A stretch of DNA of 64,000 bases from positions 1,419 to 65,418 of the forward strand of contig JAFGFC010000001.1 in the NCBI GenBank assembly GCA_016931325.1. The letters are read 5' to 3'. This stretch comes from Spirochaetota bacterium. GTDB lineage: Bacteria > Spirochaetota > JAHITG01 > JAFGFC01. Positions within the stretch are counted from its first letter, which is position 1. Every line of letters begins with the position of its first letter. The notes under the pieces are model-generated. The model made no database searches. It was not told the origin of the DNA and worked only from the letters and a program-made list of their open reading frames with translations. Position numbers and translations under genes: made by a program. This document shows positions 9,632 through 19,128 of this stretch, piece by piece.

Positions 9632-11004
9632 GATTTTTTAAATATACAGGTTTTTTTATCCTGTTCTTTTTATTGTCTCCCTTGATATACGGCCTTACCC
9701 TGGATCTGAAAGGGGCTATTGAGACGGGACTGAAGCACAACAGGTCATTACAATTGGCAAGAGAGAGAGTCAAGGCCGCACAGGCCGAGGTGGGCATGGC
9801 CCGTTCTTCTTTTTATCCGACCATTGAGGGTTCACTCAACTACACCTATATGGGTGTGATCCCGACCGCCGAGATGATGGCCATGGGATTGGTCATGCCT
9901 GACCCCACAGACCCCTTTTATCATTATCATACCCTGGAATCAGCTAAATTGGAGATGGCCAGGCGGCATAACTGGGGCGGTGGCGTGACTGTTACCCAGC
10001 CTCTTTTCATGTGGGGACGGCTCATTAATGCCTATAATCTGGCCAGCATGAATCTGGAAGCGGAAGAGCAGAATTTTAAAAAGCAGCAGATACAGACCAT
10101 TTACGATATAAAAGAGGCTTTTTACAGTTATCTGGTCTCAATAAAAAGAGTGGCTTTGCTGGAGGATCAATACCAGCAGCTCGAGGAGAATGTGAAATCA
10201 GCAAAGATCAATTATGGCTCAGGACTTTTTTCCAAATACGACCTGATGGATATGGAAGTGAGGCTGGCCAATATGGAGCCGGCTTTAAAGCAGGCCAAAG
10301 ACGGTCTGCAACTGGCCATGGACCGGTTGAAAACAACACTGGGCTATGATAAAGACGATCTGCAAATAAAGGATGAGCTCGAATATACCAAAATAGACCT
10401 TGATTTTACAAAGACCAGGCAGGTCTTTTTACAGAAAAATCCTGATCTTATCTCTGCCAGGCTGGGAAAAAGGATAAGTGAAAAGTCATTATCCCTGTCC
10501 AGAGCCGCGAATAAACCCACGCTGATGGGTATCTTTGATTACAACTATACCTATATTCCTGAAGGCAGTGAAACGTTCGGCTCCTCTGAACCGCACAGCT
10601 GGACTGTCACTGTGGCTCTCAGTATCCCGATTTCAGAGTGGTTGCCCTGGTCAAAGACCAGCCGGGATATCGACAAGTCCAAAGCCTTATTGAATCAGGC
10701 CGATCTGGGGTATGAGCAGTTAAAGGATAGCCTTCAGATCCAGCTCAAGCAGATCATTCTGGATTTGGGGGCTCAGTATCAGCTGATCGAGAGCCAGAAG
10801 CAGAATGTTGAAAAAGCCAGGCAGACCTATGAATTCAGAAAAAAACAGTACAAGTCAGGTCTGATTCGCAATACGGACCTTTTAGGTTCTCAGGTCGCCC
10901 TAAAGGATGCCGAGACCAATTATCTGAATACGGCTTTTAACTATATTATGGCCAAAGCCCGGCTGGACCTATTGCTGGGTAACGTCAACAAAGAGAAATT
11001 TTAA
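9628..11004 (+). CDS. TolC-family outer membrane efflux protein
   Basis: Signal peptide. The protein has the two-repeat coiled-coil and beta-barrel pattern of OEP/TolC. It sits in an operon with an MFP and an RND pump. Confidence 0.85.
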   Translation: MRFFKYTGFFILFFLLSPLIYGLTLDLKGAIETGLKHNRSLQLARERVKAAQAEVGMARSSFYPTIEGSLNYTYMGVIPTAEMMAMGLVMPDPTDPFYHYHTLESAKLEMARRHNWGGGVTVTQPLFMWGRLINAYNLASMNLEAEEQNFKKQQIQTIYDIKEAFYSYLVSIKRVALLEDQYQQLEENVKSAKINYGSGLFSKYDLMDMEVRLANMEPALKQAKDGLQLAMDRLKTTLGYDKDDLQIKDELEYTKIDLDFTKTRQVFLQKNPDLISARLGKRISEKSLSLSRAANKPTLMGIFDYNYTYIPEGSETFGSSEPHSWTVTVALSIPISEWLPWSKTSRDIDKSKALLNQADLGYEQLKDSLQIQLKQIILDLGAQYQLIESQKQNVEKARQTYEFRKKQYKSGLIRNTDLLGSQVALKDAETNYLNTAFNYIMAKARLDLLLGNVNKEKF

Positions 11005-11028
11005 TATTTAATGAGCGGAGGTAATCAT

Positions 11029-12105
11029 ATGGCAAAAAAAGCAAAAGCCTATATGAGCATAAACAACAGCAAAAAAGGGATACCGACAAAATATGTTATT
11101 ATAGGTATTGTCCTTTTCATTGTCATCCTGAGAATATTCATATCTGTTGTTACACAGAAGAAAAAGGTTGCTGAAGTGGATTTCGTTCCTGTAGAGGCCT
11201 CACTTGTCAGGGAAGACACCATCAGGGATTCCATTTATCTTACGGAACGGCTTCAGGCTCTTTCCGATGTTAATGTCTATGCGCCTGTTTCAGGCTGGGT
11301 GGACCGTATTAATGTGGATATCGGTTCGAAAGTTCAGAAATATCAGGTAGTGGCTCAGATCGATAGAAATATCGTGGGAAGTGAATTCGCCAAAGCCATT
11401 GTCAAAGCCCCTATATCAGGTGAAGTGGGGAGTATTTATATTGACAGAGGGGCTAATGTCTCGCCGGCTGTTCCTTTAATGAGTATCGTGAATTACGATA
11501 TGATAAAGATCTATGTGAATATCCCTGAAAAATATATTGAACGGGTGCATAAAGGGGATGTGGCATTGATAAATGTGGAATCACAGAAGGATGAAGAGTT
11601 TATCGGAAAGATCGAGAAGATATCATCTGCCATTAATGCTCTGACAGGGACATTTCAAGCCAAGATCAGTATACCCAACAGACAGAAAAAGTTAAAACCC
11701 GGCAGCTTTGCCAATATCAAGGTCGTGCTGGATATTAAAAAAGCCACAATTATTCCCAAGGATGCCCTTGTGGAGACTGAAGGGATAAGGCCGTATGTCT
11801 TCAGGGTGGTAAAAAACAGGGCTATGAAAACATACGTGGAAAAAGGGATCGAAGAAGAAGAGAACGTTGAGATAATTAAAGGAGTGAGCCCGGGTGATAT
11901 TGTTATCACGATCGGCAAAGATATCGTGAAACCTGATTCTCCAGTGTATATAGCCAATGCCAGGGAACTGGGCCTGGTGACGGAAAAGACGAATAAGGAC
12001 ATTAAAAAAGAAGCAAAGAAAAAAGCCGCAAGTGATGATAAAACAAAAAAAATCAAAAATGAATCAAAAACTAAAAACCAAGAACCAAGAACTATGAACA
12101 AATAA
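11029..12105 (+). CDS. efflux RND transporter periplasmic adaptor subunit (MFP/HlyD family) with Lys-rich C-terminal tail
   Basis: N-terminal TM anchor. Biotinyl-lipoyl-like and beta-barrel MFP regions follow (VYAPVSGWVDRINVDIGSKVQKYQVVAQID). The start is probably ATG 11029 after GGAGG. Confidence 0.8.
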   Translation: MAKKAKAYMSINNSKKGIPTKYVIIGIVLFIVILRIFISVVTQKKKVAEVDFVPVEASLVREDTIRDSIYLTERLQALSDVNVYAPVSGWVDRINVDIGSKVQKYQVVAQIDRNIVGSEFAKAIVKAPISGEVGSIYIDRGANVSPAVPLMSIVNYDMIKIYVNIPEKYIERVHKGDVALINVESQKDEEFIGKIEKISSAINALTGTFQAKISIPNRQKKLKPGSFANIKVVLDIKKATIIPKDALVETEGIRPYVFRVVKNRAMKTYVEKGIEEEENVEIIKGVSPGDIVITIGKDIVKPDSPVYIANARELGLVTEKTNKDIKKEAKKKAASDDKTKKIKNESKTKNQEPRTMNK

Positions 12106-12120
12106 TGTGAGGTATATATT

Positions 12121-15100
12121 ATGAATCTACCATCTTTGGGCGTCAGGAGGCCGGTTTTAACCAGTGTTGTTTTTATTATCATCTTGATCATAGGCATAAT
12201 CAGTCTGGCCAATCTCCCCCTGGAATTTTTACCTGATATATCGTTCCCTTTTTTAACCGTTATCACATCCTATGAAGGAACTGGTCCGGAAGAGATCGAA
12301 TCCAGTATAACCAAGATAATAGAAGGAGCTGTTTCCACGGTCCCGAATATAAAAAAGGTCTATTCCACTTCCATGGAAGGGCTTTCGACGGTCCAGCTGG
12401 AATTTGAATGGGAAACCGATCTGGATAACGCAGCCAATGATGTGAGGGACAATCTGGATCAAGTACGTGCTTATCTGCCCAGTGAAGCCTCCAAACCGTA
12501 TCTTTTAAAATTTTCTACGGAAAATATTCCGGTCATCATGATGGGGATCAGGGCCAAAGAAAGCTATCCCAAACTCTACAAGATCACAGAAGAAAAAATA
12601 ACAGATGTGCTCAAACAGGTGGATGGAGTGGGTAATGCCCTGGCCGTGGGCGGGATGATCCGGGAGATAAGAGTGGATCTTAATCAGGCCAAGATCAATT
12701 CCTACAATATCACCATTGATCAGATACTCGGAAGTATTCGGGGGAATAATGTCTTTATCCCCGGAGGTGAGATAAAGATCGGCAAAAGCGAATACATACT
12801 TCGTATCCCGGCCGAGTACCGTACCATTGATGAGATCAGAAATATTGCCGTGGGGAATTCAAAAGGTATTCCTGTTTATCTCAAGGACGTGGCCCGGGTT
12901 AACGATTCGTTCAAGGAAGAGAATATGATCGTGAGAGTGGAAGGGGATTCCGGTATCATGGTCATTGTGCAGAAGCAGTCCAAGGCCAATACCGTTATCG
13001 TGGCCAATAAGGTGAGGGAGCAGCTGGAAAAGATAAAAAAGACCCTGCCGGAGGATGTGGCTATTGAGATATCGTTTGATACCAGCCAATTTATCAAGGA
13101 TTCCATCGGAACCCTCACCACGACCATTGCCTGGGGCGGTCTTTTTGTTCTGATCATTGTCTTGCTTTTTCTGGTTGACTGGAAGGGCAGCTTTGTGATC
13201 GCCCTTACCATACCTTTTTCGCTTATCGCGGCTTTTATTATCCTTTTCCTGCTGGGGTATACGATCAATATCATGTCACTCTCTTCTCTGGCCATTGCTA
13301 TCGGGATGGTAGTGGATAATGCCATTGTTGTCACGGAAAACATCTACCGTCACCGTTTTGATGAAAAGATGGAGGTGAAAAAAGCTTCTGTACAGGGAGC
13401 CGGCGAAGTGCTCCAGGCGGTTATGGCCAGCACTCTGACCACAGTGGCGATCTTTATTCCCATATTCTTTGTGACGGGTATTGTCAATATCTTTTTCAGA
13501 GAACTTTCCCTGTCGATTATCACGGTACTGTCAACATCCCTGTTCGTGTCACTTTTTCTAACGCCCATGGTGGCTTCCCTTGTTTTTAATAAAAAGCCAA
13601 CACAAACCTTCTTTGTCAGAGCGGAAAAGGCCAATACCAACATAATGAATAAAATAAAAGAACAGTATAAAAAGATACTCCAGTGGACCCTGTATCACAG
13701 AAAAAGCACGGTCTTTATAGCTCTGGGTATCTTTCTTTTCTCTCTTTTTATCCTGATATTTTTTGTGGGCAGGGAGTTCATGCCCAAAGAGGATCAGGGC
13801 ATGGTGATGGGGACCATAGAGATGGAGGGCAACACCAGGGTTGAGGTGACAGATCAAATGCTGAAAGACTTTGAGGAATTCATCAAGAAGAACGTGCCGG
13901 AGACAAAATTGATCATGACACGTTCGGGGAAAAGCCCCGGAGGACGGGCTGCTGCCTCGGGCCGGGAAGAAGGGGCTAACATCGGGTTTTTAATGCTCAG
14001 GCTGGTCGCCAAAGCCGAGCGTACCCGGTCTTCACAGGATATTCTGGCCCTTATCAACAAGGAATTAAAGAAAGTGCCGGGTGTGAAATCTATTGACATG
14101 TCCACAGAGGGAGGGATGAGCGGGTTTGGCAGCGCAAAGCCGATCGTGATCGAGATCTATGGTTATGATCTGGACCAGACCATGCAATTTGCCCAGGATA
14201 TTAAAAAGACACTGTCCCGGGTGAAGGGTACCGGCAATATTGTCATATCAAGAAAGGCCGGGAAACCGGAAATACAGATCCAGATCGATAAGAAAAAGGC
14301 ACAGGATCTGGGGTTGACCCTCTATCAGATCGCGGATTCTGTAAAGAACAGCTTTCAGGGCGTGACAGCCGCCCAGTTCAGGGAATCAGGGGATGAATAT
14401 GATATCTTTGTCCGCCTTCAGAGCACGGACAGGAAGAGCCTCGATAATGTCAAAAATACTCTTATCAAAACACCGGGGGGTCAATTTGTTTCGGTGGGTA
14501 ATCTGGCCAAGTTCGATGTGAAAGTCGGACCGAAAAGCATCACCAGGAAACAGAAAGAGCGATATCTGACCGTGGAAAGCGAGATCTTTAAAAGGCCCCT
14601 GTCAGCGGTTCTGGAAGATTTTAATAAATTAATGAAAAAAGTGCCTGTCCCTTCAGGGATCCGTTACGAGATATCAGGATCGGCAGAAGATATAAAAGAG
14701 ACATTCACTATTCTGATCCAGGTCTTTTTGCTGGGTATTGTGCTTATCTACCTGATCATGGCGGCCCAGTTCGAAAGTTTCAGAGACCCTTTTATCGTCA
14801 TGTTCTCAGTTCCCTTTGCTGTTGTGGGGGTAGCCTGGGCCTTATTCCTCACAGGCGTGACATTGAACCTGAACAGTTTTGTGGGCATGGTCATGCTTGT
14901 GGGTATTGTTGTTAACAACGCCATTGTACTGATCGATTATATCAACCGGGTACGCTGCAATCAGAAAAAAGAGCTTTTTGAGGCGGTTATCTCGGCCTGT
15001 CAGCTAAGGTTAAGGCCTGTTCTCATGACCGCTTTTACCACGATCTTTGGGCTTTTACCCATGGCTCTGGCACGCGGTGAAGGGTCTGAGAGCTGGGTTC

Positions 15101-15231
15101 CCCTGGGAGTGTCGGTTATCGGTGGGCTCTTTGTTTCCACGATGATCACTCTGATCCTGATCCCTACCCTTTATATTATTTTTGAAAGGCGTATTAAAAG
15201 AGATAAACGGATCATCTGTGAGACCTATTGA
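12121..15231 (+). CDS. efflux RND transporter permease subunit (AcrB/HAE1 family)
   Basis: 1036 aa with 12 TM helices and two large periplasmic loops. Conserved RND motifs are present (e.g. AIGMVVDNAIVVTENI, VGIVVNNAIVLIDY). Confidence 0.9.
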   Translation: MNLPSLGVRRPVLTSVVFIIILIIGIISLANLPLEFLPDISFPFLTVITSYEGTGPEEIESSITKIIEGAVSTVPNIKKVYSTSMEGLSTVQLEFEWETDLDNAANDVRDNLDQVRAYLPSEASKPYLLKFSTENIPVIMMGIRAKESYPKLYKITEEKITDVLKQVDGVGNALAVGGMIREIRVDLNQAKINSYNITIDQILGSIRGNNVFIPGGEIKIGKSEYILRIPAEYRTIDEIRNIAVGNSKGIPVYLKDVARVNDSFKEENMIVRVEGDSGIMVIVQKQSKANTVIVANKVREQLEKIKKTLPEDVAIEISFDTSQFIKDSIGTLTTTIAWGGLFVLIIVLLFLVDWKGSFVIALTIPFSLIAAFIILFLLGYTINIMSLSSLAIAIGMVVDNAIVVTENIYRHRFDEKMEVKKASVQGAGEVLQAVMASTLTTVAIFIPIFFVTGIVNIFFRELSLSIITVLSTSLFVSLFLTPMVASLVFNKKPTQTFFVRAEKANTNIMNKIKEQYKKILQWTLYHRKSTVFIALGIFLFSLFILIFFVGREFMPKEDQGMVMGTIEMEGNTRVEVTDQMLKDFEEFIKKNVPETKLIMTRSGKSPGGRAAASGREEGANIGFLMLRLVAKAERTRSSQDILALINKELKKVPGVKSIDMSTEGGMSGFGSAKPIVIEIYGYDLDQTMQFAQDIKKTLSRVKGTGNIVISRKAGKPEIQIQIDKKKAQDLGLTLYQIADSVKNSFQGVTAAQFRESGDEYDIFVRLQSTDRKSLDNVKNTLIKTPGGQFVSVGNLAKFDVKVGPKSITRKQKERYLTVESEIFKRPLSAVLEDFNKLMKKVPVPSGIRYEISGSAEDIKETFTILIQVFLLGIVLIYLIMAAQFESFRDPFIVMFSVPFAVVGVAWALFLTGVTLNLNSFVGMVMLVGIVVNNAIVLIDYINRVRCNQKKELFEAVISACQLRLRPVLMTAFTTIFGLLPMALARGEGSESWVPLGVSVIGGLFVSTMITLILIPTLYIIFERRIKRDKRIICETY

Positions 15232-15379
15232 TTCAAGAAATCCCAGCGTTAATTTATCATTCTTGCCTGGGTTCTTCTTTTTCCGGGACGTGTGTTAAGA
15301 TTCCCTCTTCTATGTAACTTTTTATTTTTATGGCGTCGCGGGTTTATCGAAAAAAGTAGTAGACATAAAAGTGTAAGCA

Positions 15380-18001
15380 TTGTATTTTACAAAGATGAAT
15401 TCATTAAATACTGTCAGTACGGGATGTCACGGGCTGGACCAGGTGTTGGATTATCTCAGAATAGGTGATAATGTTGTCTGGCAGGTTGATGCCATTGAGG
15501 ATTATCTTGAATTTGTCAAATTTTTAATAAAAAAGGCCAGGTCAGATGGCAGGCGGATAGTCTACATGCGTTTTGCAAGGCATCAGATCTTGATCGCATC
15601 CAAAGATGTAAAAACATACAAGATCGATGCCTATAGCGGATTTGAGAAATTTTCCACACAGATCCATGAGATAGCCAAAAAAGAAGGGGAGGGAGTTTTT
15701 TATATATTTGATTGTCTTTCTGATCTTCTCTTTGCCTGGGCTACCGACCTGATGATCGGCAATTTTTTCAGGGTCACCTGTCCTTATCTTTTTCAATTAA
15801 ATACAGTCGCTTATTTTGCTTTATTAAGGAACAGGAATTCTTTCAAAACGATCGCCCATATCAGAGAGATAACTCAGGTTCTTCTGGATGTTTATGAGAA
15901 TGAAGGGCATATTTATATTCATCCGATAAAGGTGTGGAATCGATATTCTCCCACCATGTTCCTTCCCCATGTCCTGCAGGGAGATAAATTCGTGCCGATT
16001 TTTAACAGCAGTGATGCGGCTTTGTTCTTTTCCAAAATGGAGCCAAAAGAAATAAGTCATACAAAGCGGAATATGGATTACTGGGAAAATCTGTTCATAG
16101 AGGCCGAAGATCTGCAGGCCAGGATCAAACAGAAGGACTCGCTGGCCTTGAGCAAAAGAAAGAAGATGATCAAAAAACTCTGTCAGCTGATCATGGGTCG
16201 TGATGCCCGAGTTCTTTCACTGACTGAACAATATTTTTCCCTCCAGGACTTTTTAAATATAAAGTCACGATTGATCGGATCCGGTCATATCGGAGGCAAA
16301 TCTGTGGGAATGCTTCTGGCCCGGAAAATACTTGATCATGATCAAAAGACGAAATGGGAGGAATATCTTGAATTGCATGATTCCTTTTATGTCGGATCTG
16401 ATGTGTTTTATACCTATCTGGTTCAGAACGATCTGTGGGACCTGCGGATGGAACAGAGGCTGAAAGAGAATTATTTTTCCAAGGCATATGATTTGCAGAA
16501 TAAATTGTTAAATGGCTCATTTCAGGAGGAGATCAAGGAACAGTTTTTAAGGATGCTGGAATATTTCGGGCAATCTCCTATTATTGTTCGCTCCAGCAGC
16601 CTTTTAGAAGACAGCTTTGGCAATGCGTTTGCCGGAAAATATGAAAGTGTTTTCTGTGTGAACCAGGGTTCTCTGGAAAAACGATATCATGATTTTGAAA
16701 AAGCCCTGCGTCTCATTTATGCCAGTACCATGAATAAGGATGCTTTGACCTACCGGCTGCAGAGAGGATTGGATCAACAGGAAGAACAGATGGCCCTTTT
16801 GGTACAACGGGTTTCAGGATCCCATCATAAGAATTATTTTTTCCCTGATGCCGCCGGTGTGGGAGTTTCCTATAATACATATGTATGGAAAAATAATATG
16901 GATCCCAAGGCCGGTATGATCCGGGTTGTGTTCGGGCTGGGAACAAGAGCCGTTAATAGAGTGGAAGGTGATTATGCCAGGATAGTAGCTCTGGATGCCC
17001 CTCATGTCCAGCCTTATGCAGATGAGGGTGAAGCGAAAAAGTATTCACAGCATGATGTTGATGTATTGAATATCAAAAAAAACGAGTTCCAGTCGTGTTC
17101 CATATATGATCTGGGGCAGGAAGATATTGATTTTAATATGGAGTATATCGGCCAACGGGATTATGAGGCAGAGCACCGGCTGGCAGAGATGGGAAGGGAA
17201 AGAAGAGAAGTGTGGATCGTGCAGTTTAAGAAATTATTGCTGGAAACGACCTTTCCGGGGGTCATAGCCAAGATGCTTAAGAGCCTGGAGCAAAGCTACG
17301 ATTATCCAGTGGAGATTGAATTCACACTGAATTTCAAAGACAGCGATTACAGGATCAATCTTTTACAATGCCGCCCTCTTCAGACCAAAGGACTGAAAGC
17401 CAAGGTAAAGATCCCTCCCTTTATTCCTAAAGATAAAATATTCATAAAAAGTGTTGGCAATTTTATGGGCGGTAACACGGATAAGGTTATGACCCATGTG
17501 ATCTATGTCAGCCCGAAGGAATACAGTGATTTGAAGCATACCGATAAATATCAGATAGCCCGTCTTGTCGGCAGGCTTAATCGCAGGATCAATAAAATAT
17601 CTTCCCCCACTCTTCTTCTGGGACCCGGGCGCTGGGGAACAACGACTCCCTCTCTGGGGATCCCTGTGTCATTTTCCGAGATCAACAATATGGCGGCCCT
17701 GGGAGAAATGGCCTATATGCGCGCCGGCCTTGTTCCAGAAGTCTCTTTCGGAACTCACTTTTTTCAGGACCTGGTGGAAACAGATATTTTTTATATGGCC
17801 CTGTTCCCCGATAAAAAAGATGTATTGTTTCATACGAAATGGATGGATCAGCTGCCTAATGTTCTGGAAGACTGGCTTTCAGAACAGTCGTCTTTTAGAG
17901 ACGTCATCAAGGTATATGATCTGGACAGTTCAAAATATAAAAAATTGAGAATATGTTCTGACATTGTTACGCAGGATCTGGTATGCTATTTCCCGGACTG
18001 A
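15380..18001 (+). CDS. PEP/pyruvate-binding (PPDK_N, ATP-grasp) domain protein with KaiC/RecA-like N-terminal region lacking Walker A
   Basis: The central region matches the PEP synthase/PPDK N-terminal nucleotide-binding domain (GGKSVGMLLARKIL, IVRSSSLLEDSFGNAFAGKYESVF). The N-terminal ~200 aa resemble a KaiC-like fold (VSTGCHGLDQVLDYLRIGD..., ...EGHIYIHPIKVWNR) but have no GxxxxGKT motif. This N-terminal assignment is inference. Confidence 0.55.
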   Translation: MYFTKMNSLNTVSTGCHGLDQVLDYLRIGDNVVWQVDAIEDYLEFVKFLIKKARSDGRRIVYMRFARHQILIASKDVKTYKIDAYSGFEKFSTQIHEIAKKEGEGVFYIFDCLSDLLFAWATDLMIGNFFRVTCPYLFQLNTVAYFALLRNRNSFKTIAHIREITQVLLDVYENEGHIYIHPIKVWNRYSPTMFLPHVLQGDKFVPIFNSSDAALFFSKMEPKEISHTKRNMDYWENLFIEAEDLQARIKQKDSLALSKRKKMIKKLCQLIMGRDARVLSLTEQYFSLQDFLNIKSRLIGSGHIGGKSVGMLLARKILDHDQKTKWEEYLELHDSFYVGSDVFYTYLVQNDLWDLRMEQRLKENYFSKAYDLQNKLLNGSFQEEIKEQFLRMLEYFGQSPIIVRSSSLLEDSFGNAFAGKYESVFCVNQGSLEKRYHDFEKALRLIYASTMNKDALTYRLQRGLDQQEEQMALLVQRVSGSHHKNYFFPDAAGVGVSYNTYVWKNNMDPKAGMIRVVFGLGTRAVNRVEGDYARIVALDAPHVQPYADEGEAKKYSQHDVDVLNIKKNEFQSCSIYDLGQEDIDFNMEYIGQRDYEAEHRLAEMGRERREVWIVQFKKLLLETTFPGVIAKMLKSLEQSYDYPVEIEFTLNFKDSDYRINLLQCRPLQTKGLKAKVKIPPFIPKDKIFIKSVGNFMGGNTDKVMTHVIYVSPKEYSDLKHTDKYQIARLVGRLNRRINKISSPTLLLGPGRWGTTTPSLGIPVSFSEINNMAALGEMAYMRAGLVPEVSFGTHFFQDLVETDIFYMALFPDKKDVLFHTKWMDQLPNVLEDWLSEQSSFRDVIKVYDLDSSKYKKLRICSDIVTQDLVCYFPD

Positions 18002-18077
18002 AGGGGTAATCTGATCTATGCGCTCAGGCCATGTTATAATGGCTTGATCAAAAAGACAAGTCAGAGGGGGTTTTCAT

Positions 18078-19085
18078 ATGGTTTATATTAAACGTCTTGA
18101 AGATTATTTAAAAAGCCACAGTGATGCCCAGGGAGGACGAAGATATTTAAGGATACCTTCCAAGATCCCTGTCCTGTATGCCTTTAAGAACAGGAATAGA
18201 TATTCAGAATACAGGCAAAGCTTTACAACGAATATTTCTACCGGTGGTCTATCGATCGAAGTGATAGGACCTCCTTCTGTTGTTCTAAAAAATCTTTCAA
18301 AATTGAATAAAACGATAGAGTTAAAAGTAGATATTCCCCAAAAAAAGAGCCTGATCGATTTTTCCGGCAAAGTCGAATGGGTTGAAACTCTGCAGAAAGA
18401 CTCTCCCGGAAGGTATCTTGTGGGTATCAGCTTTGACACGATAAAGCCGGATGACAGGATCGATATACTGTCGTATTCCGTAAGGCTGGTCAATCGAAAG
18501 AAAATGGCCAGATTAGCCCTGGGTGTGCTGGCGGCCGGTATTTTAATATCAGGCCTGTGGGCTATAGGCGCTACCCAGTCCAAAAAGCAGGTCCAGAAAA
18601 AATTAGTGATCTCTGAGACAGCCAGAGAGAAACTGAAAAAAGATATAATCCGACTTGGCCAAATGAAAGACGGTCTTGAACAAAAGCTGGAATTGAACCA
18701 GATAAAAATAATTTCTCAGAGCAAGCTTTTAGAGTCTCAGAAAAAGACCATCAATGAGAAAAATCAGACCATTAAGGGAATGAGCCTGTATCTCAATAAT
18801 TCAAAGATCCTGTTGGAAGATATCTATAAGGAATGGAACATTGATTCGCGGTCTGATTTTATTGTGTTTGATGACCTGTACCGGAAAGGACGTCAGGCTC
18901 TAAAGGACGGCGAATATCCCAGGGCTATTTTAACTCTGGAAGAGCTGATAAAAAAATATCCGAACTCACTTTTAGGCTATCGCTTGCTGATCTCGGCATT
19001 GTATAAAGAAGGGAAAAAAGAGCAGGCGGATAAGATGTTTCAGGAATATATCGCTAAATTGAAAGAGCAGGTGATTCAACCCTGA
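18078..19085 (+). CDS. PilZ domain protein with TM helix, coiled coil and C-terminal TPR
   Basis: PilZ c-di-GMP motifs RRYLR (RxxxR) and NISTGG (D/NxSxxG). A TM helix (LALGVLAAGILISGLWAIGA) is followed by a coiled-coil stretch. The C-terminus has TPR-like repeats (YPRAILTLEELIKKYPNSLLGYRLL...). Confidence 0.6.
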   Translation: MVYIKRLEDYLKSHSDAQGGRRYLRIPSKIPVLYAFKNRNRYSEYRQSFTTNISTGGLSIEVIGPPSVVLKNLSKLNKTIELKVDIPQKKSLIDFSGKVEWVETLQKDSPGRYLVGISFDTIKPDDRIDILSYSVRLVNRKKMARLALGVLAAGILISGLWAIGATQSKKQVQKKLVISETAREKLKKDIIRLGQMKDGLEQKLELNQIKIISQSKLLESQKKTINEKNQTIKGMSLYLNNSKILLEDIYKEWNIDSRSDFIVFDDLYRKGRQALKDGEYPRAILTLEELIKKYPNSLLGYRLLISALYKEGKKEQADKMFQEYIAKLKEQVIQP

Positions 19086-19128
19086 GCAGGTTCTTGAGGT
19101 TTATCTGCACGGGTTATCGTGATTCCTT

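Noticed and set aside
15232-15379. Possible terminator hairpin after the RND pump gene (CCCAG...CTGGG)
   Set aside because: It has a 5-bp stem, a 22-nt loop and no U-tract. This is too weak to call.
18001-18077. Near-palindrome CCATGTTATAATGG upstream of the PilZ gene
   Set aside because: The arms mismatch (CCATG versus AATGG). It is more simply read as a TATAAT -10 element.
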